Assembly: GCF_006345805.1 (NCBI RefSeq)
Contig: NC_043016.1
Location: 12,338,001-12,402,000, forward strand
Reading direction: 5' to 3'
Length of the DNA stretch: 64,000 nucleotides
Source: Octopus sinensis
Taxonomy: Eukaryota
Shown here: in pieces, positions 50,252-61,626 of the stretch
Layout of the letters: each line of letters begins with the position of its first letter
How positions within the stretch are numbered: the first letter of the stretch is position 1
The notes under the pieces: model-generated
Told to the model about the DNA's origin: nothing
What the model saw: only the letters and a program-made list of their open reading frames with translations
The model's database searches: none
Position numbers and translations under genes: made by a program

Positions 50252-50644
50252 ACACTCTATGAAGTGGTTGGCATTGGGAAGGACATCCACCTGTAGAAAC
50301 CATACCAAAGTAGTCATTAGAGCTTGATGCAGTGTCCTGTCTCGTTAATTAGTGTCAAACTGTCCAACCCATGCCAGCATGGAAAATCTATGATAAAGAT
50401 GATTTGTAAATTATTTGAACATTTTTTGACTTTATTTCTATGGAGTAGACTTTTTTTGTTTGTTCAATCAAGATTTTTGGGAGGAGTTGATGAAATATCT
50501 ATTGCTTTATATTTTTGATGTTTGAGTCCAGTTCAGCACTGGTAAAATCGATCTATTATCAAAGACATTCCAGCTATAACCAATAGTTTTTTTTTGTTTT
50601 CTTTTTCTGTTTTTCTTTTAAGATATCTGTAATCCAATGTATTA

Positions 50645-53292
50645 TCATCATCAGCATCATCATCATTTAGCGTCCACTTTCCATGCTAGCATGGGTTGGA
50701 CGGTGCAACTGGGGTCTGGGAAGCCAGAAGGCTGCACCAGGTCCAGTCTGATCTGGCAGTGTTTCTACGGCTGGATGCCCTTCCTAATGCCAACCACTCC
50801 GTGAGTGTAGTGGGTGCTTTTTACGTGCCACCTGCACAGGTGCCAGACAAGTCAGGCAAACGGCCACGGTCGGATGGTGCTTTTTACGTGCCACCGGCAT
50901 GGAAGCCAGGCGAGGCTGGCAAACGGCCGCGATCGGATGGTGCTTTTTACGTGCCACCAGCATGGAAGCCAGGCGAGGCTGGCAAACGGCCACGGTCGGA
51001 TGGTGCTTTTTACGTGCCACCGGCATGGAAGCCAGGCGAGGCTGGCAAACGGCCACGGTCGGATGGTGCTTTTTACGTGCCACCGGCATGGAAGCCAGGC
51101 GAGGCTGGCAAACGCCATGGTCGGATGGTGCTTTTTACGTGCCACCGGCATGGAAGCCAGGCGAGGCTGGCAAACGGCCACGGTCGGATGGTGCTTTTTA
51201 CGTGCCACCGCATGGAAGCCAGGCGAGGCTGGCAAACGGCCACGGTCGGATGGTGCTTTTTACGTGCCACCGGCATGGAAGCCAGGCGAGGCTGGCAAAC
51301 GGCCACGGTCGGATGGTGCTTTTTACGTGCCACCGGCATGGAAGCCAGGCGAGGCTGGCAAACGGCCACGGTCGGATGGTGCTTTTTACGTGCCACCGGC
51401 ATGGAAGCCAGGCGAGGCTGGCAAACGGCCACGGTCGGATGGTGCTTTTTACGTGCCACCGGCATGGAAGCCAGGCGAGGCTGGCAAACGGCCACGGTCG
51501 GATGGTGCTTTTTACGTGCCACCGGCATGGAAGCCAGGCGAGGCTGGCAAACGGCCACGGTCGGATGGTGGCTTTTTACGTGCCACCGGCATGGAAGCCA
51601 GGCGAGGCTGGCAAACGGCCACGGTCGGATGGTGCTTTTTACGTGCCACCGGCATGGAAGCCAGGCGAGGCTGGCAAACGGCCGCGATCGGATGGTGCTT
51701 TTTACGTGCCACCGGCATGGAAGCCAGGCGAGGCTGGCAAACGGCCACGTCGGATGGTGCTTTTTACGTGCCACCGGCATGGAAGCCAGGCGAGGCTGGC
51801 AAACGGCCGCGATCGGATGGTGCTTTTTACGTGCCACCGGCATGGAAGCCAGGCGAGGCTGGCAAACGGCCGCGGTCGGATGGTGCTTTTTACGTGCCAC
51901 CGGCATGGAAGCCAGGCGAGGCTGGCAAACGGCCACGGTCGGATGGTGCTTTTTACGTGCCACCGGCATGGAAGCCAGGCGAGGCTGGCAAACGGCCACG
52001 GTCGGATGGTGCTTTTTACGTGCCACCGGAATGGAAGCCAGGCGAGGCTGGCAAACGGCCACGGTCGGATGGTGCTTTTTACGTGCCACCGGCATGGAAG
52101 CCAGGCGAGGCTGGCAAACGGCCACGGTCGGATGGTGCTTTTTACGTGCCACCGGCATGGAAGCCAGGCGAGGCTGGCAAACGGCCACGGTCGGATGGTG
52201 CTTTTTACGTGCCACCGGCATGGAAGCCAGGCGAGGCTGGCAAACGGCCACGGTCGGATGGTGCTTTTTACGTGCCACGGCATGGAAGCCAGGCGAGGCT
52301 GGCAAACGGCCACGGTCGGATGGTGCTTTTTACGTGCCACCGGCATGAAAGCCAGGCGAGGCTGGCAAACGGCCACGGTCGGATGGTGCTTTTTACGTGC
52401 CACCGGCATGGAAGCCAGGCGAGGCTGGCAAACGGCCACGGTCGGATGGTGGTGCTTTTTACGTGCCACCGGCATGGAAGCCAGGCGAGGCTGGCAAACG
52501 GCCACGGTCGGATGGTGCTTTTTACGTGCCACCGGCATGGAAGCCAGGCGAGGCTGGCAAACGGCCACGGTCGGATGGTGCTTTTTACGTGCCACCGGCA
52601 TGGAAGCCAGGCGAGGCTGGCAAACGGCCACGGTCGGATGGTGCTTTTTACGTGCCACCGGCATGGAAGCCAGGCGAGGCTGGCAAACGGCCACGGTCGG
52701 ATGGTGCTTTTTACGTGCCACCGGCATGGAAGCCAGGCGAGGCTGGCAAACGGCCGCGATCGGATGGTGCTTTTTACGTGCCACCGGCATGGAAGCCAGG
52801 CGAGGCTGGCAAACGCCACGGTCGGATGGTGCTTTTTACGTGCCACCGGCATGGAAGCCAGGCGAGGCTGGCAAACGGCCACGGTCGGATGGTGCTTTTT
52901 ACGTGCCACCGGCATGGAAGCCAGGCGAGGCTGGCAAACGGCCACGGTCGGATGGTGCTTTTTACGTGCCACCGGCATGGAAGCCAGGCGAGGCTGGCAA
53001 ACGGCCGCGATCGGATGGTGCTTTTTACGTGCCACCGGCATGGAAGCCAGGCGAGGCTGGCAAACGGCCACGGTCGGATGGTGCTTTTTACGTGCCACCG
53101 GCATGGAAGCCAGGCGAGGCTGGCAAACGGCCGCGATCGGATGGTGCTTTTTACGTGCCACCGGCATGGAAGCCAGGCGAGGCTGGCAAACGGCCACGAT
53201 CGGATGGTGCTTTTTACGTGCCACCGGCATGGAAGCCAGGCGAGGCTGGCAAACGGCCGCGATCGGATGGTGCTTTTTACGTGCCACTGGCA
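50645..53292 (-). mobile_element. RTE 3' UTR copy with massively expanded VNTR
   Basis: (CAT)n tail at 50645-50666, palindrome at 50681-94, normal UTR to ~50860, then the array. Confidence 0.9.
50866..53292. repeat. 63-bp GC-rich minisatellite, about 38-39 units
   Basis: Unit GGCATGGAAGCCAGGCGAGGCTGGCAAACGGCCACGGTCGGATGGTGCTTTTTACGTGCCACC. First and last unit starts at 50896 and 53226 give 37 periods. Confidence 0.98.
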
Positions 53293-53571
53293 CGTATCTT
53301 TCAATTATTTATCATGTATCTTTCAATTTATTTAGACAAGGAGTTTTAGCTCCATTTCCATCTGTGTAAAGATTCTCTCACTCACTCTCTGGCTTACTTA
53401 TAATAACAGAAACCTTATGTCATTCATGTTTTAATGAGATTTTACTTTAAATAATTAGCACTTAAGTATGGTGGTGGTGGTGGAGGGTCACTGATGAGTT
53501 GGTATGCAAATGGTTAAAAATAGAACTGAAACTCCTGTAGAATTTACTAAAGTCTGTCTTTATACTTATAG

Positions 53572-53631
53572 ATTGATAAAGCAGATTCATCCCTGGAAAA
53601 TGTTGAAGACAGAAGTTTGGAGCAGCAAGAC
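53572..53631 (+). CDS. KIF4: KIF4 probable exon 11
   Basis: cttatag acceptor, IDKADSSLENVEDRSLEQQD, GTATGT donor, phase 0-0. The acidic linker fits the expected stalk length. Confidence 0.62.
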
Positions 53632-53754
53632 GTATGTCGCTTTCTATTTTATTTTTGCTAATTTCATCACTCAGCTTTTATATTGTTATTAATACCTCTG
53701 CCTTAGAGAAGGCAGATGTATTGTTTTCAGTTGTGTTTGTTTGTTTGTCCATAG

Positions 53755-53803
53755 ACAAGATATCTCAAGAACCACTGGATGGATTTGGATGAAACTTTCA
53801 GAG
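53755..53803 (+). CDS. KIF4: KIF4 possible exon 12 (frame link to the next exon uncertain)
   Basis: ttgtttgtccatag acceptor, TRYLKNHWMDLDETFR, AG|GT donor in phase 1. It joins only to the AG at 55638-39 unless another exon or an indel exists. Confidence 0.45.
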
Positions 53804-54303
53804 GTGTTTGGCCTCGTGGCTGGCATGAGAACTGATTAGATTTGGGATCAATCCGGTACCAGACCAGTATTCTGGATTATTTTCCCTTTTTTTTTTTTTA
53901 CTTAATTTTTGAGAGCGGTCAGGTTCATTTTTAGTATTCTCATATGTGAGAGCAGTTGAGTTTATTTCAGATATTCTCATTTCAAAGATCATCTCTGGCT
54001 AATCGTTGAGAGGATGTTGGTGTTGTCTTGGCGGAGGTTTGCGCTCTCTGAGTGCTCTTGTTAGTTACGTTGTTATGGCAGCAAGCTGGCAGAATTGTTA
54101 GCACACTGGATGAAATACTTATCAGTATTTTACCCATCGCTGTGTTCTGAGTTCAAATTCCACCAAGGTCATCTTTGCCTTTCATCCTTTCAGGGGTCAA
54201 TGAATTAAGTACCAGTCAAGTACTGAGTGTGATGTGACTGACTAATCATCTCTCCTCAAATTCCAGGCCTTATACCTATAGTAGAAAGGATTATTAATTG
54301 TGT

Positions 54304-54692
54304 GAAAGTGGAGGCGCAATGGCCCAGTGGTTAGGGCAGCGGACTCGCGGTCATAAGATCGCGGTTTCGACTCCCAGACCAGGCATTGTGAGTGTTTATT
54401 GAGCGAAAACACCTAAAAGCCCCACGAGGCTCCGGCAGGGATGGTGGTGATCCCTGCTGTACTCTTTCACTACAACTTTCTCTCACTCTTACTTCCTGTT
54501 TCTGTTGTACCTGTATTTCAAAGGGCCGGCCTTGTCACTCTCTGTGTTACACTGAATCTCCCCGAGAACTACGTTAAGGGTACACATGTCTGTGGAGTGC
54601 TCAGTCACTTACACGTTAATTTCACGAGCAGGCTGTTCTGTTGATTCGGATCAACCGGAACACTCGTCGTCGTAACCGACAGAGTGCTTCCC
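54304..54692 (+). mobile_element. SINE family C
   Basis: 12-bp TSD TATTAATTGTGT (54292-303 and 54693-704). Confidence 0.92.
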
Positions 54693-55143
54693 TATTAATT
54701 GTGTTGTTAAGGTGGCAAACTGACAGAATTGTTACTGCACTGAACAAAATGCCTAGCAGCAGTTCACCCGTTGATACATTCTGAGTTCAAACACTGCCAG
54801 GGTCAACTTTGCCCTTGGTGGCTGATGAAACAAGTGCCAGTTCAGCATTGGGGTTGATGTAATTGACTCACACCCTCCCTTGAAGCTGCTGGCCTTGTGC
54901 CAAAATTCGAAACCATCTTTAATTGTGCTGTTAAAATGGTAAGCTGGCAGAATCAGTACCAGACGAAATGATTGGCAGCGTTTCTTCTGGCTTGATACTC
55001 TGAGTTTTCATATTGTCAAAATCAAGTTTGTCTTTCATCCTTTCAGTATCCATAAAATAAGTACCAGCTGAACACTGGGGTTTAATTGGCTAGCCCCTCC
55101 CTTCAAATTGCTGCTCTGTGCCAAAATATGAATGAATTATTAA

Positions 55144-55537
55144 CTAGCAGTATCGCCCGGCGTTGCTCGGGTTTGTAAGGGAAATAACTATATAAGCATT
55201 TCTAGAGATGTAAAGTATAATAGCCATCTCAATATGGCTAACCACAAAGGGGGGGGTGTTACTGTAGCTTTTTACGTTCTGAGATTTAATAATACATTTT
55301 TAGAGAGTTACTTCCCTTATATATGCCAAAAATGCATTAAAAATGGGAATAATTGATGGTAAATTTTTTTTTAAATCGTAGACTCATCGTAGACGTGCGC
55401 TAATACCCAGAAGGGCTCGATATGAACCATAACTATAAGATACCCGGTTTTGGTTAAACTGCACCGCAAAATGTGGGAGTAGTTAGGAATCTAAATCGTA
55501 GGAGACAGACACACAACTTCTCTTTTATATATAAAGA
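55144..55537 (-). mobile_element. Non-autonomous Helitron
   Basis: On the minus strand it starts A|TCTTTATATATAAAAG and ends hairpin CCCGAGCAACGCCGGG...CTAG|T. AT target, no TSD. Confidence 0.85.
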
Positions 55538-55629
55538 TGTTATTGTTTTAGCAATTTGACATTTATTTCCTGCTTAATTTATATATACTGAAGATGTTGT
55601 AATTAATAAATTTTATGTTTTATGAACAG

Positions 55630-55794
55630 GGTGACATAGACAATACTTCACTAACACAGGAACATGTTATGCAGCAAGCAGCGTTGGGAAAAGAATTAAA
55701 AGAAATTAACGAGGTTCTTTATAAAAAAATGAATCTCGTGCAGCAAATGAATAAGTCTGAAGAGAATATAGTAATGCTAAAACATCAATATCAA
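55630..55794 (+). CDS. KIF4: KIF4 exon 13 (stalk coiled coil)
   Basis: ...SLTQEHVMQQAALGKELKEINEVLYKKMNLV...KHQYQ resembles vertebrate KIF4A [22 protein letters not shown]...QYQYQ (recalled). GTAAGT donor. The 5' edge could be 55630 or 55640. Confidence 0.88.
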
Positions 55795-55819
55795 GTAAGT
55801 TCCCTAACTTTTTTTTGTT

Positions 55820-56048
55820 TAAACCCTTTAGTGTTCAGATTATTCTGTTAAATGTAATACTTTTTCACTCAAATTGTTTTGAATTAATCATGCATTATCT
55901 TATAGCTTTGAGGTTTCAATGATGTAATTGTTTATTTTTAGAATGTCACTGTAGGTTAGGTGTGAGAGGCTAGATATGGCCAGTTTGAATATAAAACATG
56001 TAGAATATATTGGGCCGGATGTGGCCGGTTTAAACACTAAAGGGTTAA
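55820..56048. mobile_element. piggyBac-type MITE D1 (a second, SINE-interrupted copy follows to ~56665)
   Basis: AACCCTTTAG...CTAAAGGGTTAA, 26 bp after the exon 13 donor. Confidence 0.8.
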
Positions 56049-56085
56049 ACCCTTGAGCATTTGGTTTATTCTTTCCAATGTAATA

Positions 56086-56490
56086 CTCTTTTACTTGTTT
56101 CAGTCATTTGACTGTGGCCATGCTGGAGCACCGCCTTTATTCGAGCAAATCGACCCGGGACATATTCTTTTTGTAAGCTCAGTACTTATTCTATCGGTCT
56201 CTTTTGCCAAACCGCTAAGTGACGGGGACGTAAACACACCAGCATCGGTTGTCAAGTGATGTGGGGGGGGGGGGCAAACACAGACACACAAATACACACA
56301 CACACACACACATATATATACATATATGACGGGCCTCTTTCAGTTTCCGTCTACCAAATCCACTCACAAGGCATTGGTCGGCCCGGGGCTATAGCAGAAG
56401 ACACTTGCCCAAGATGCCACGCAGTGGGACTGAACCTGGAACCATGTGGTTGGTTAGCAAGCTACTTACCACACAGCCACTCCTGCGCCT
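56086..56490 (-). mobile_element. SINE family A (inserted in a MITE)
   Basis: Full-length. MITE sequence resumes on both sides. Confidence 0.9.
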
Positions 56491-56841
56491 ATTTATTCAC
56501 ATTATTTTGAATTGATCATGGATTATCTTGTACCTTCAAGAGCAATTGCTTAGTTTTAGAATGGCATTGTAGGGTAAGTGTGAGAGGCCAGATCCGGTTG
56601 GTTTCAACCTAAAACAGGTAGAATATTTGGTCCTGATACGGCTAGTTTGAATGCTAAAGAATTAAAAAGATGACCCCCAACTGAACCAATCTATGATCAA
56701 AGGTGTTCCAACTTTTTTTTTTTTAATTTGGGAAATTTGGCTATTTCTAGCATGTGGAGTGGTCATCTAGAGGCTCTCTTGTTGACTTGCAGATAACATG
56801 CAACATGCTGCAATAGTGGGACAGTAACATTGAGCAATATA

Positions 56842-57017
56842 CTCTTTTACTTGTTTCAGTCATTTGACTGCGGCCATGCTGGAGCTCCACCTTTAGTCGA
56901 GCAAATCGACCCCGGGACTTATTCTTTGTAAGCCCAGTACTTATTCTATCGGTCTCTTTTGACGAACACACCAGCATCGGTTGTCAAGCAATGCTAGGGG
57001 GGGCAAACACAGACACA

Positions 57018-57096
<79 letters not shown>

Positions 57097-57250
57097 GACG
57101 GGCTTCTTTCAGTTTCCGTCTACCAAATCCACTTACAAGGCATTGGTCGGTCCGGGGCTATAGCAGAAGACACTTGCCCAAGGTGCCACGCAGTGGGACT
57201 GAACCCGCAACCATGTGGTTGGTTAGCAAGCTACTTACCACACAGCCACT
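56842..57250 (-). mobile_element. SINE family A
   Basis: Full-length with a small internal deletion. Older copies also lie at ~3200-3575, 57855-58312 and 60205-60545. Confidence 0.85.
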
Positions 57251-58050
57251 AACAGAAACAAAAGTGATGATTGTATCAGTTACAAGATTTGGACAGTACT
57301 CGCGTGTATCTGCGCATGCACGCAGGCTGTATATGCATGCACTAGCACTATGACCTGGCATTGCCGGGCCATAGTGTTAGTTCTATAAAAAACATTAACA
57401 CGTTGACCACCACATGGACCTCTTGTGGTTCATTGCAAACTCCACACAGCATCCATATGTACCACAAGTGCTACATTTTCATAATTGGAGAAAATATTTT
57501 ATTCTGTATGTCTGACATGGTTTCGGGGATATTTAAATAGTATGAGTGCTACACATATTAAAGTTTAATTATGAAATAAGTTGAACACACACTCCTCCTG
57601 TCACAGCTGTCACCACACTGAGAACAGTAGCAGCTGAAATACAGTATGTTCCAGTAACAGGCCATGGCAGTTAACAAGTAATAAGGAAAAACTGGTTGGA
57701 TTTTATTACTCTATTACAAAATTACAAAATAGAGTCATTAACTAATATATGTTAACGTGAAGAGGATGTATCTGTGTTCGAAACTCCACCAAAGAACCAT
57801 CATCATCATCATCATTAACATCATCATTAACATCATCATTACCATCATTCAGATGTGGCTGTGTGGTAGGAAGCTTGTTTTCTAACCACATGGTTCTGGG
57901 TTCTGTCCCACTGTGAGGCACCTTGAGCAAGTGTCTTTTACTATAGCCTCAGGCTGACCAAAGCCTTGTGAGTGGATTTGGTAGACAGAAACTTAGAGCC
58001 CATCGTATATAAGTGTGTGTGTGTGTATATATATATAAACACACACATCA

Positions 58051-58081
<31 letters not shown>

Positions 58082-59040
58082 GTTATGTGTGTGTGTTTTT
58101 GTATATGTCTTATGTGTGTGTGTGTCTTTATTTCTGTGTTTGTCCCCCACCAGCACTTGACAGCCAATGCTGGTGTGTTTATGTCCCCATAACTTAGTAC
58201 CAGGGTTAAAATAATAAATGATGGGGTCAATCGATTCATTGAACTAAAAATTCTCCAACTTGGTGCCCCAGCATGGTCACAGTCTGATGACTGAAACAAG
58301 TAAAAGATAAAAAAATTTCTCAAATGTTTTCACAGACTGGACATGTCAGTTTAGATTGTCTTCCCCCTTAACCTAGTCCATCATCATCATCATCATATTT
58401 GTAAGGTTCAGCATTCTAAGATCAACACAGCATTTCCTTTTGGTTTTCCTCTCCTGCAGACTTCTTCCTGCATCATTTGACAATTTTCCATATAAATCAC
58501 ATATCCATCCATACCATTGCAGTCTCTTCTCTTTCAAGCTGCAGCCAACTTTTCTGATGCCCGCCTAGTTTTTATTCCACTACACTTGTGTGTTCTACGT
58601 CACGTCCAGCGAACCCTTCATATACAATGTGCATGTCTTGTTACCAAGGTGTTACCATAGTAATATTATGACATGCACAGTTATACATTCTACTCTTCAT
58701 TGTCAACAGAGCTTCTGAAATTTTTCACTCCATCCTTACTCTGGCTCCTATACTTTCTCAATGCCCACTGCCACGGTTGATTAAATATCAGAAGCTACCG
58801 ATTCCTTCTTAGGAGGCAAATGTTCAAGATATAAAATGGTTGTCCAGTTTGTGTAATCATTCTGAGATTAAGAATGCTGTCTTCTTGAATTGTAAAATTA
58901 TTTTGAATTTTTATGTCATAAGATTTCCAAGTTCCAGTAAATCCTTAAAAAATCCTTTAAAATGTTTTAGCCCAAAAGCCGCGGCCATGCTGGGGCACCA
59001 CCGCTGATATTAGTCATTTTGTTTTCTTACAATTTTCCAG

Positions 59041-59135
59041 GCTTCAATGGATAAATTGCAATCAGAAATAGAGAATTTACAGAAAGAGAGAGACATGCTG
59101 AAGACGGAACTTGATACCAAGAGTAAAGCTGGAAC
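59041..59135 (+). CDS. KIF4: KIF4 exon 14
   Basis: ttttccag acceptor, ASMDKLQSEIENLQKERDMLKTELDTKSKAG, GTAGGT donor, phase 0-2. Confidence 0.88.
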
Positions 59136-61240
59136 GTAGGTTGCAGTTTTTGTTTTTGTGGAGTTTTATACTTTGTAATTTTTGTCATTTACTTGTTTTA
59201 GTTATTAGATGGTGGTCATGCTGGAGCACTGTTTTGAAAATTTTTTTAGTCGAATGAATCGACTTCTGTGCTTATTTGTTTTTTATAAGTCTGATATTTA
59301 TTCTGTCAGTCACTTCTGCTGAACTGTTAAGTCACAGGGACTTGAACACACCAACATCAGTTGTCAAGTGGTGGTGGGACACAAAGACACACACATACCA
59401 CAGGCTTCCTTCAGTTTCTGTGGACTAAATCCACTGACAAGACTTTGGTCATACTGAGGCTGTAGTAGATGTTTGCCCCAGGTGCTATGCAGTGGGATTA
59501 AACTTAGAACTATGTGGTTTGCAAGCAAACGTCTTTCTACACAACCACTTACATCTTTTTTTTCAAGGCTACCTCTGCACCCATAGCAGTTGTGCTAAAT
59601 CTAATCAGATTTGTAGTTTATTTCCATTTTTAGCATTTTTATCCATTTCAGGATTAAGAAAAAAGTTGAATGTGTGTTTTTAAAATTTCTGTTGGATTTG
59701 TGTTTGTATTTTTAGAAATTGTTTCAATCAATACATGGTCATTATTTTGTTGTTGATCCCCTGGTGTACCTTGTGTTGTGAAAACCCTGAACAAGGAAAA
59801 TTAATCCAGATTCATAGCTCTGGTTGTTATGTCTCTGTCTAGTGGAGGCCGATACTGCATGTTCTGATATGCAGTGGTTAATTCTTTACGTTCTGAGTTC
59901 AAATTCCGCCGAGGTCGACTTTGCCTTTCATCCCTTTCGGGGTCGATAAATAAAGTACCAGTTTCGCACTGGGGTCGCTGTAATCGACTTAATCCCTTTG
60001 TATGTCCTTGTTTGTCCCCTCTATGTTTAGCCCCTTGTGGGCAATAAAGAAATGTATATATGGTGCATTATAGCAATCTGGACATGTTGAATTTTCTTTC
60101 CTACTCAGCCTTTTTTTGCAGATTCTTGTGGTATTCCCAAAAGAGGGGGTTGGGGTGGTGTTATTGCCTAATTTTAAATATGGCAGCTGCTGCTCCTGTG
60201 CATTTAGTCATTTGACTGCGGCCATGCGGAGCACCACCTTTAGTCGAACAAACTGACCCCAAGACTTATTCTTTATAAGCTTAGTACTTATTCTATCGAT
60301 CTCTTTTGCTGAACCTCTAAGTTACAGGGATGTAAACACACTAACATCGGTTTCAAGCGATGATGTGGGGGCAAGCACACACACACATATGTATATATAT
60401 ATATGACAGGTTTCTTTCAGTTTCCATCTACCAAGTCCTCTCACAAGGCTTTGGTTGGTCTGAGTCTATAGTAGAAGATACTTGGCCAAGGTGCCATGCA
60501 GAGGAACAAAACCTGGAGCTGTGTGGTTGGGAAGCAAGCTTCTTAAGTATTGTAGATATAAAAGCTTTGGGCCTCATGTAGGTAATGACAAGTGACTGAG
60601 ACGTTTGGCAATATGTGGTGCTTGAGAAGACTTGTCAAGCCAAGTGAAATCATAACCGTGGTTATTGCTAGTGTCATTTAAATGGCACGTAAAAAGCACC
60701 CATTACACCCTTGGAATGGTTGGCATTAGGAAGGGCACCCAGCCGTAGAAATCCTGCCATATCAGATTGGAACCTTGAAAAAAAAGATGTAAGTGGTTGT
60801 GTAGAAAGACGTTTTCTTGCAAACCACATGGTTCCAAGTTCAATCCCACTGCATAGCACCTGGGGCAAACATCTACTACAGCCTCAGTATGACCAAAGTC
60901 TTGTCAGTGGATTTAGTCCACAGAAACTGAAGGAAGCCTGTGGTATGTGTGTGTCTTTGTGTCCCACCACCACTGACCCATGCCCACACGGAAAGCAGAT
61001 GTTAAATGATAATGATTTGCAAATAATTTGTAAGATTGTTGAGAGTTGACCTTAATGACAGACTGGTCCCCTTGAGTGGTCTGTGAGGATGCATAGTGTG
61101 CTGTTTTTCTTTTTGTTGTTGTTTGTGATTTATTTGATACTCCTGGCTGCAGTGGTATAATCTAGGGTTTTTTTTTTTTAAATACATGGCTTTGGGTAAA
61201 AGAAATTACAGCAGGATCAGCAAATTGATTTTATATCTTA

Positions 61241-61626
61241 CTAGCAGTATCGCCCGGCGTTGCTCGGGTTTGTAAGGGAAATAACTATATAAGCATTTTT
61301 AGAGAGTTATAGCCAAAAAAATGCATTAAAAATGGGAAAAAATTATGGTAATTTTTTTTTTAAATCGTTGACTCATTGTAGACATTTTTAGAGAGTTACT
61401 TCCCTTATATAATAGCGAAAAAATGCATTAAAATGGAAAAAAATTATGGTAAATTTTTTTTAAATCGTAGACTCATCGTAGACGCGCGCTAATACCCAGA
61501 AAGGCTCGATATGAATAACGACTATAAGATACCCGGTTTTGGTTAAACTGCACCGCAAAATGTGGGAGTAGTTAGGAATCTAAATCGTAGGAGACAGACA
61601 CACAACTTGACTTTTATATATAAAGA
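61241..61626 (-). mobile_element. Non-autonomous Helitron (same family as 55144-55537)
   Basis: Same TC/CTAG termini and hairpin, with an internal ~105-bp tandem duplication. Confidence 0.85.

Noticed and set aside
50866-53292. CRISPR-like array
   Set aside because: There are no unique spacers or cas genes, and the context is eukaryotic. It is a pure tandem repeat.
50696-53369. Long ORFs (up to 851 aa) on both strands
   Set aside because: They are translations of a stop-free 63-bp (21-codon) repeat, open in nearly all frames with frame hops at indels, and lie inside an intron.
19829-57353. Recurring ORFs such as MSSNARGTNT..., MLGGQT..., MLAWVGRFDRG... and MFIERKHLK...
   Set aside because: They are incidental translations of SINE and RTE-UTR copies, with no splice or codon support.
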